A stretch of DNA of 62,916 bases, counting the filler, from Octopus bimaculoides (taxonomy: Eukaryota): NCBI RefSeq assembly GCF_001194135.2. It is 6 parts of 5 records of this genome, joined end to end, with 100 filler letters (N's around TTAATTAATTAA, not from the genome) between each part and the next. Parts side by side here need not be neighbours in the genome. Positions count along the whole stretch, not along the records: positions 46,320 to 54,870 come from NC_069005.1; positions 54,971 to 62,916 come from NC_068992.1; 4 more parts are not named here. One strand, given 5' to 3'. This document shows, in pieces, positions 54,686 through 62,916 of this stretch (position 1 is its first letter; every line of letters starts with the position of its first letter). A model generated the notes under the pieces. It was not told the DNA's origin. It made no database searches and saw nothing but the letters and a program-made list of their open reading frames with translations. The position numbers and the translations under genes were made by a program.

Positions 54686-55440
54686 AGGAGTGACTGTGTG
54701 GTAAGTAGCTGGCTTACCAACCACTTGGTTCCGGGTTCAGTCCCACTGCGCGGCACCTTGGGCAAGTGTCTTCCACTATAGCCTCGGACCGACCAAAGCC
54801 TTCTGAGTGAATTTGGTAGACGGAAACTGAAAGAAGCGCGTCGTATATATGTATATATATATATATATATNNNNNNNNNNNNNNNNNNNNNNNNNNNNNN
54901 NNNNNNNNNNNNNNTTAATTAATTAANNNNNNNNNNNNNNNNNNNNNNNNNNNNNNNNNNNNNNNNNNNNTAACCTTTCCTTTCTATTCTTATAAAGAAA
55001 ATTAAAAAGAATAAAAAAATTTAAAAAATTAAAATAAAGAAATAAAATAACCCTAACCCTAACCCCAAATTTAGTTTTGATTAAGACTTTTTGCATAAAC
55101 GATGATTATTGGAACGTAAAGTTTCAGGCACCCTGGGCTAACTAGTTAGGCATCGGGAAGTGAAACGTAGGTCGCGATACAGGGTTTCGTTTCTCTGTTA
55201 ATCTTTGTGTTAATTTTCCCACTTTTTGCTTATTTTATACATTAGACTGCAGTAACCATGCTGGAGCATAACTGTGAAGGGTTTTAAGTCGATAGCAATA
55301 CTTATGCGTTTTTCTCCGTTTCTTTTCTTTCGTTTTTGTAAATCTGGTACTTGCTCTATTGGGCTCTTAAACCAAACTGTTGAGTTACAAGAAGGCTGAC
55401 AAAACAACACCAGCTGTCAAGCAGTGGTGGGGCAAGAACG
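54686..55440. mobile_element. Family A SINE halves (5' half + at 54686-54845; 3' half - at 55215-55440)
   Basis: Match to the family A consensus seen elsewhere in the window. Confidence 0.75.
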
Positions 55441-55908
55441 CATGCACATATACATACATACATACATACATACATACATACATACATACATACAAAAAAT
55501 ATTCTGTTGTTGATGTTGAAATTCCAATGAAGAAGCCTTGGATCTAGGTTAGAAACTGGTTCATTCTCTATTGGCAAGAAATCTTGAAATAAACTGAATA
55601 ATGACATACATACATACATACACACACATAAAGCTATATGAATGGAGTTATCCACTACGGTAATAGCTTAATTTCTTGCTACTTTATACAGAAAATGAAA
55701 TATTCTATGCTATCGATTTAGGAAGGAAATCGTATACATCTCTTATGAGAAGCGGTTTCAATCAGCATCGAGGGGGGGGGGAGATATTATCGTATTTACC
55801 TCTTCTGTTTCCTCCTCTATCTTATAATCTCAATGCAATTTTCCCCACAAAAACTAATGTCAGTCCCTTCCCTTTCAATTCAGACCAACTGGAATCTGTC
55901 TGTCTTAC

Positions 55909-55999
55909 CTCTTCCTTTTCACCCTCAACGGCCATCCTACATTTATTCATTTGCTCTGTTTTACGTTTCAGATCAAGTGTTTCCTCTTTGAACCGTTTT
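55909..55999 (-). CDS. Exon of the same gene (phase 2->0): KRFKEETLDLKRKTEQMNKCRMAVEGEKEE
   Basis: Acceptor tttaatttcag, donor GAG|gtaaga. 91 nt, charged helical sequence. Confidence 0.85.
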
Positions 56000-56305
56000 C
56001 TGAAATTAAATAAATTGAAATAAAACATAACGAATAAACAATTTTTTTTTTAAAAAAGAGTTTGAAATATATCAAGTGTGTCTTGGACTACTACTATTTA
56101 ATGTACCCTTCCCCGTTGTTATTGTTGTTATTATTGTTATCATTGTCTAGCCTCAAATTAGCCAAGATACAGCAGATCCATGATCAAAATGCGTTTTAGT
56201 CGTAACGCCGTAACCATCTCATCCTTTTAAGAGTATATTGTCTGTTCTTGCTTTGTTTAAAACATTATCTGTACCTTTCTGTATTCAAGGTAATATTAAT
56301 GTTAT

Positions 56306-56357
<52 letters not shown>

Positions 56358-57244
56358 GCGGAGGGTCAAAATAGGTAACACAAATAGGACAGTGAAACAA
56401 ACAGGAAGAGAAGCTAAGCCTAAACAAGGTTGTGGTGGCGAATGCATAAATCAAGCTTGGATAGGAGACAGACAAGAACACGTCTTCCTTGATCCAGCTA
56501 CAATGGAGAGAAAGAAAGAAACACAAGTTAGAAGAATGATGGCCGATGGTCCCGTGGGAGTCATGTGAGCAAGGGAGGAGGAGTGCGGGAGAGAGAGTGA
56601 CAGACAGAGAACTGTGAAGGGGAGAGGAAAAGATTGGAGATAGGATAAGTGAGAAAAAACAGGAGGGGGAGAAGGGAAGGTAGAAGAATAAGAGAAAGGA
56701 AGAGAGAAGAAGCGAAAGAGTAAGAGGACAGAATAATGGGAGAAGAGGAGGTAACAGAATAAGAGAGAGAAAGAGAGAAAAACGAAAGAGTAAAAAGATA
56801 GTAGAGTGTGGATCAGAATTATTAAGATAAAACTTACTTGGAAAAGGATGCGTGGCGTTCAATCATATAATATAAATAATATAAATAATATATATNNNNN
56901 NNNNNNNNNNNNNNNNNNNNNNNNNNNNNNNNNNNNNNNNNNNNNNNNNNNNNNNNNNNNNNNNNNNNNNNNNNNNNNNNNNNNNNNNNNNNNNNNNNNN
57001 NNNNNNNNNNNNNNNNNNNNNNNNNNNNNNNNNNNNNNNNNNNNNNNNNNNNNNNNNNNNNNNNNNNNNNNNNNNNNNNNNNNNNNNNNNNTATATATAT
57101 ATATATATATATATTACATTAGTTTTTTTTTATTTCTTCTTGTCCTACACTTGAGCTATTTCACACAGGAATCCCTGTAGGTGCTTTACAACCACCCCAC
57201 TAAAAATATAACGGCAATCGAAATGAATAAATAAACGCACCAAC

Positions 57245-57273
57245 CTCTTTTTTCTGTCTCGTTGAATTTTTTG
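57245..57273 (-). CDS. 29-nt exon of the same gene (phase 0->2): QKIQRDRKK(R)
   Basis: Acceptor ttttctttacag, donor AG|gttggt. Its phases exactly bridge the 60053 and 55999 exons. Confidence 0.7.
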
Positions 57274-58164
57274 CTGTAAAGAAAAAATTAATAATATATA
57301 CGTATGTGTGTGTGTGAGTGTGAATACATACATACATACATATATGCATGCATACATACATACATGCATGCATGCATACATGCATACATACATACATACA
57401 TACATGCATGCATACATACATACATGCATACATACATACATACATGCATACATACATACATACATGCATACATACATACATACATATAACAACAATAATT
57501 ATAACGATATAGAATATGGAGAGTGGTACATCCTCACTATATATTTCATTTTCTGTTACAATTTCATGCCGCATAGTAATCAAAGACTTTAAATACTAAT
57601 TGATGCAATTAGCCGTAACCTGGAACAAAACTGAAAGCTACCACGGTATCCACCCGGGTAACTCTCTAAACATATATATATATACGTACATACACACAGA
57701 TAACTCTCTAAACATGTATATATATACGTACATACACACAGAGAGACACAAACACAGATGTGTGCGTATATATATATATATATATATATTTTAACACACA
57801 TGCGCGCGCACACGCTCGCACGTACACGCACACACACACATGTATGTGTGTGTCTCTGTGTGTATCATTTAATGAATACAGGAGTTATACGTGAGTTACT
57901 GTAAGTTTCATACTCGAGAAGTCCAGTATTCGAACCTTCTTGAGCAGCATACTATTTACGATCCTGCAATCGTGCAGACTCATATGAACTTATAGGAGTG
58001 TTATATCGTACATTATACAAGCGTGTCGGATAACTGCACTTTCCAAGCATGAAACTTGAAGTATCTCACGTGTTACTCATTTATTCATTAAAGGACGTTT
58101 CACCTTCACTACACACACGTATACGAGAGTTTGCGTATGTATGTCTCTTCTATTTTTTAATTAT

Positions 58165-58575
58165 TATAAATCTTCCACTGAGGAGGGATCCGGTTTCCAA
58201 CAAAGAGACAAGGTTCCATCTTTGGGATTTAGCTAACAGACAAATTCACATTTGGAACCTGAGAAAAATCTTGCATATTTTTACTATTCCACTCACAGAT
58301 TGCACTTATAATGCACGAATCAGCCGGTAAGCTTCACTTTCTGAAAATCCCAGGTTACCCAGAAACCTAGTGCTCCAATTATTATTGGTATGAATATGAA
58401 TTCATAGTCTGGATATAGAAGCTGGAGGTTTCGAAGCAGTTGTCCAAAAATATCCTCTTTTTCTTTGATTTTCAGAGATATTTATATCAGCAGGGCAGCT
58501 GACCGTTATGATGGTACATAATTTTACCCCTCTGTCCCGTATTACTAGGCAAGAATACATTAATCTTCGGATTTT
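58165..58575 (-). mobile_element. 3' end of a third RLE-type LINE (decayed)
   Basis: IRDRGVKLCTIITVSCPADINI / KEKEDIFGQLLRNLQLLYPDYEFIFIPIIIGALG across a frameshift. Confidence 0.7.
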
Positions 58576-58810
58576 GAATTCAAAATTTCTCATGTATATT
58601 TGTCTTTTAGCGTTTACATATCTCAGTCATTGTACTACGGCCCAGCTAGGTTTCATAGAACAAATCAACATCAACATTTATTATTTTTATAAAGGTTGAT
58701 AATTATTCTCTGAGCCTCACTTTGCCCAACGAACGTCCGAAGTTAAGTTGTGTTTGTCTTAAGCGTTGGGCCTAAGACAAACACAAGTACGTAGATAGAC
58801 TAACACACAC

Positions 58811-58852
<42 letters not shown>

Positions 58853-59329
58853 AAATGTTACACACACACACATATGGTGTTTGTGTGTGTGCGTGTGTGT
58901 GACCGTGTGTGTATGTCCATGTGTGTCTGTGTAGATAGGTATATGCATTGTGTGTGTACAACACCAAGTGTTTAGTAACCCCCATTTTCTTTATCACAAG
59001 TATTGCAAAAATGGACTCCTAGGGTCTAAGAAAGACAATTGCCGTTATTAATATTGTAATCGGATCCTATTTTAAAATTGCCCCAAAATAATACAAACAA
59101 GAAAAAAGGAATTAAAAAAAGACAAAAAGAAACAAACTCTAACAGTGGTCTAAAGGGGTTTAGAATATCGAGCCAGGCTTCACCGCCGTAGTATTACGTA
59201 TCATGTTATACTGGTTGTTTATTGGTTAATTAAATTGTGTATAGTTACTAGTGGAAGCTCTTGTTTCTCTGCATGTCATTATTTTCATATGTATGTATAT
59301 GGACGGACACACACATATACATACATACA

Positions 59330-59360
<31 letters not shown>

Positions 59361-59445
59361 GTGTGGGTGTGTATGTAATACATACATAGTCATACAAATA
59401 TATAGAGAGAGAGGGAGAGGGGGAGAGAAACAAGCAAAGAAAAAG

Positions 59446-59503
<58 letters not shown>

Positions 59504-60052
59504 TTTGGGAAAGCGGAATGTTTGGGATCGAACACACTTTGGCTACATATATTCCTACAAACCACGGGCCAAAATGGTAGACTCGCTAGCGCATCTATTA
59601 GAATGCTTCGTAGTATTTGTTCGTTTGCTCTCCGTTCTGAGTTCAAATCTCCCCAAGGTCCATTTTGCTTTTCATCTTAATGAGATCGATAAAGATATCA
59701 TCAATCCAAGGCAGCAGATTGAGATCATTGTAAGAACAACGGATCGGATGCCTTGCGGTGTTTCCTCGCGTTCTTTCGATTCTGAGTCCAAATCCCACCA
59801 TGGCCTACTTAAGTGGTAGCCTTAAATCCAACTTTCGGTTTAACACCTCACCATCCTGTTCTTGGGATCTTTTAGCAGAGTCCATTTAGCTGTAAGTTTT
59901 CAGGTCGGGTCACCTTTCCGAGGGTCCCTTTTCCATTTTCTTTTCCGTTCGATTTTTTTTTTGTCTGAGGCCTTGTAAAGGGACGTAAGCACTGACTTTC
60001 TTTCAGCCTAAAATTCAAATAAAAAAAAACAAAAAACAAATAGACGTCTCAC

Positions 60053-60208
60053 CTGTAAAGTATTGTTCACCTTCTTTTCGTTCCTCATCTGAGCAATTAA
60101 TTCGGAGTAGACATCGGAGATTTGTTTGATGTTTTTCCGAGCAATTTCCACATCTTCCAATGTTTTGTTTTTCCATTCTTGTTGATTCTCCAGTTTGCTT
60201 TCTGCTAT
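60053..60208 (-). CDS. Exon of unnamed coiled-coil protein gene (phase 0->0): IAESKLENQQEWKNKTLEDVEIARKNIKQISDVYSELIAQMRNEKKVNNTLQ
   Basis: Acceptor tttcctgtttctcag, donor CAG|gtgaga. 156 nt, open frame, E/K/Q-rich heptad-like sequence. Confidence 0.85.
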
Positions 60209-60304
60209 CTGAGAAACAGGAAACACAGCCAATCGCAGAGTGAAAAGGTAGAAACATAGGAAAATGTAATAATAATAATAATAATAATAATAATGATGAT
60301 GATA

Positions 60305-60336
<32 letters not shown>

Positions 60337-60372
60337 TACAGAAGTAACAAGAAAATATAATGAAAACCCGCA

Positions 60373-60858
60373 TAGGCGCAGGCATAGCAGTACGTGTAAG
60401 AAGCTTGATTCCCAACAATGTGGTTCCGAGTTCAGTCCCTCTGTGGTGCACCTTCAGCAAATGTCTTCTATATAACCCCCGGCCGACCAAAGTGTTGTGA
60501 GTGGGTTTCGTAGGTAGAAACTGGATGTCCATAGATTACTTCTACAATATGAAAAATTCAGGAAAAAACCCCCCTGAAAAACAAGAACTCAGCAATTGGA
60601 AAACGGAGGCTAACAAAGTTTTGTTGGAAACATCAGAACACTTCCATTGCTTGCAAAGAATTTGATCGACAGGCCTCAACTTTGAATACAATAAATTGTG
60701 GAAGCTATAAATATAATTTACGAACACCCTGTACAGACGTGGCCGAGTGGTAAGAAGCTTGCTTCCAAACTACATAGTTCCAGGTTCAGTCCCACTGCTG
60801 GCAACTTGGATACGTGTCTTCAACTATATTCTAGAGCGGACCAAAGAAGCCCGTCGTA
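60373..60858 (+). mobile_element. Two family A SINE 5' halves (60373-60530, 60738-60858)
   Basis: tRNA-like heads plus CORE-like segments. Confidence 0.75.
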
Positions 60859-62788
60859 TATATATATATATNNNNNNNNNNNNNNNNNNNNNNNNNNNNN
60901 NNNNNNNNNNNNNNNNNNNNNNNNNNNNNNNNNNNNNNNNNNNNNNNNNNNNNNNNNNNNNNNNNNNNNNNNNNNNNNNNNNNNNNNNNNNNNNNNNNNN
61001 NNNNNNNNNNNNNNNNNNNNNNNNNNNNNNNNNNNNNNNNNNNNNNNNNNNNNNNNNNNNNNNNNNNNNNNNNNNNNNNNNNNNNNNNNNNNNNNNNNNN
61101 NNNNNNNNNNNNNNNNNNNNNNNNNNNNNNNNNNNNNNNNNNNNNNNNNNNNNNNNNNNNNNNNNNNNNNNNNNNNNNNNNNNNNNNNNNNNNNNNNNNN
61201 NNNNNNNNNNNNNNNNNNNNNNNNNNNNNNNNNNNNNNNNNNNNNNNNNNNNNNNNNNNNNNNNNNNNNNNNNNNNNNNNNNNNNNNNNNNNNNNNNNNN
61301 NNNNNNNNNNNNNNNNNNNNNNNNNNNNNNNNNNNNNNNNNNNNNNNNNNNNNNNNNNNNNNNNNNNNNNNNNNNNNNNNNNNNNNNNNNNNNNNNNNNN
61401 NNNNNNNNNNNNNNNNNNNNNNNNNNNNNNNNNNNNNNNNNNNNNNNNNNNNNNNNNNNNNNNNNNNNNNNNNNNNNNNNNNNNNNNNNNNNNNNNNNNN
61501 NNNNNNNNNNNNNNNNNNNNNNNNNNNNNNNNNNNNNNNNNNNNNNNNNNNNNNNNNNNNNNNNNNNNNNNNNNNNNNNNNNNNNNNNNNNNNNNNNNNN
61601 NNNNNNNNNNNNNNNNNNNNNNNNNNNNNNNNNNNNNNNNNNNNNNNNNNNNNNNNNNNNNNNNNNNNNNNNNNNNNNNNNNNNNNNNNNNNNNNNNNNN
61701 NNNNNNNNNNNNNNNNNNNNNNNNNNNNNNNNNNNNNNNNNNNNNNNNNNATATATATATATATATATATATATACAGTATGACCCCAAAGTAGGTTTAT
61801 CACGTAGGCATTTTAAATTTCTTTTAAAATATTTTATTATTTTTTAATTTCTAGCATAGAATAATGGTCTCATATTTTTTCATAATTAAAATCTAAACTA
61901 TATGAATACGAAAGAGATTGTTGAATAGCTGTAAACCTACTTTTGTGCCACCCTGTATATGCACACATGTGTGCATGTGTGTGTTTTTATGCATATAGAG
62001 AGAGTGTTCAGGCTAGATTTAACAGTTTCCATGAAATAAAAAGACAATACAATATCCCATCTAAGTTACGAGTTAAGTAAAGTTCATTATTTACATTATT
62101 TACTTTATTTACATTCGACGGATATTTGTCCTCATCTTGTTAGCACAACGTTTCGGCTGATATACCCCCACTACTTCTGCTCATGATCAGAGATGCACAT
62201 ATCGTCAGCCACCAAGGGACATGCTCAACTGGTTAAGGTCAAACAACTGACAAGCAAATCTGTGGTATTAAGCAGAATATTTGCTGTAGCCCATCTTTTA
62301 TACCAAGACAAAACAATGTACATGATAAATTAAGATCAGACAGCTCTGGGACCTGGTGCATGCATTCTTCTCTGTGCCCCTGGAGAGATCTTCGAGAACA
62401 CTCTTGAGGGGAAGGGGGTTTCCCGATAACATCGGCAGTAATACTTAACCGGTGGTATTTTATATAATCGACTTGGAGAAGCCAAACTAGACTGCTTAAT
62501 AAATTTGTCCACAACTCGTTGTGGATTGTGCCCCAGCCTGGCCGCAATCCAATGACTAAAAACCAGTGGGAGGAAAGGAAATAGAAGGAGTGTGTATTTA
62601 TGATATTATGGCGTCATAAGTTAAGGAATTATGGCAATTTAGATAAACTTTTAAGAATATTTGCCAAGACAGTTTGAGATGTTTATGAAAGGACAGACTA
62701 AATTTACCATATTAAGACGATTTCTGTTAAATCGGTCTTGATAAAACACAGATTATGAAGGAATACATACATACATACAAACAAACAA

Positions 62789-62820
<32 letters not shown>

Positions 62821-62916
62821 TTGTATGTATGTATATGTGTGTGTATACACACTTATTCACGTATATACACATTCGCGTATTTGTTTCTGTGTATGTGCAT
62901 GCGTATATGTGTGTGT

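Noticed and set aside
55800-55820. Possible microexon IEEETEE
   Set aside because: Weak acceptor, and phase 0->0 does not supply the missing 0->1 link; cannot be supported without RNA data.

Overview
Repeat-dense, AT-rich eukaryotic scaffold segment with many N gaps. The SINE families look like those of octopus (coleoid cephalopod); this is recognition from memory, not a database hit. Nearly all long ORFs in the supplied track are artefacts of N gaps or microsatellites. Supported content: (1) six short exons of an unnamed minus-strand coiled-coil gene (60208 down to 40932), plus weaker candidates further down; (2) dozens of tRNA-derived SINE copies of at least four families; (3) decayed RLE-type (R4/Dong-like), RTE, Ingi/Vingi and Penelope retroelement fragments, two maT (DD37D) transposase relics and two Helentron-type HINEs; (4) a 1.8-kb ORF1-only (HAL1-like) Tx1/L1-type element. 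This last element is the most interesting item. It sits inside a SINE head with a 15-bp target-site duplication and has a compact promoter-like 5' end. Its 3' tail is shared with a SINE subfamily that, at two loci here, is joined to the same position of another SINE head. Also seen: a locally duplicated inverted SINE pair (candidate dsRNA), a 21-bp perfect hairpin, a degenerate hammerhead-like core and a CpG-depleted domain. No prokaryotic features, CRISPR arrays, rRNA or true tRNA genes were found.
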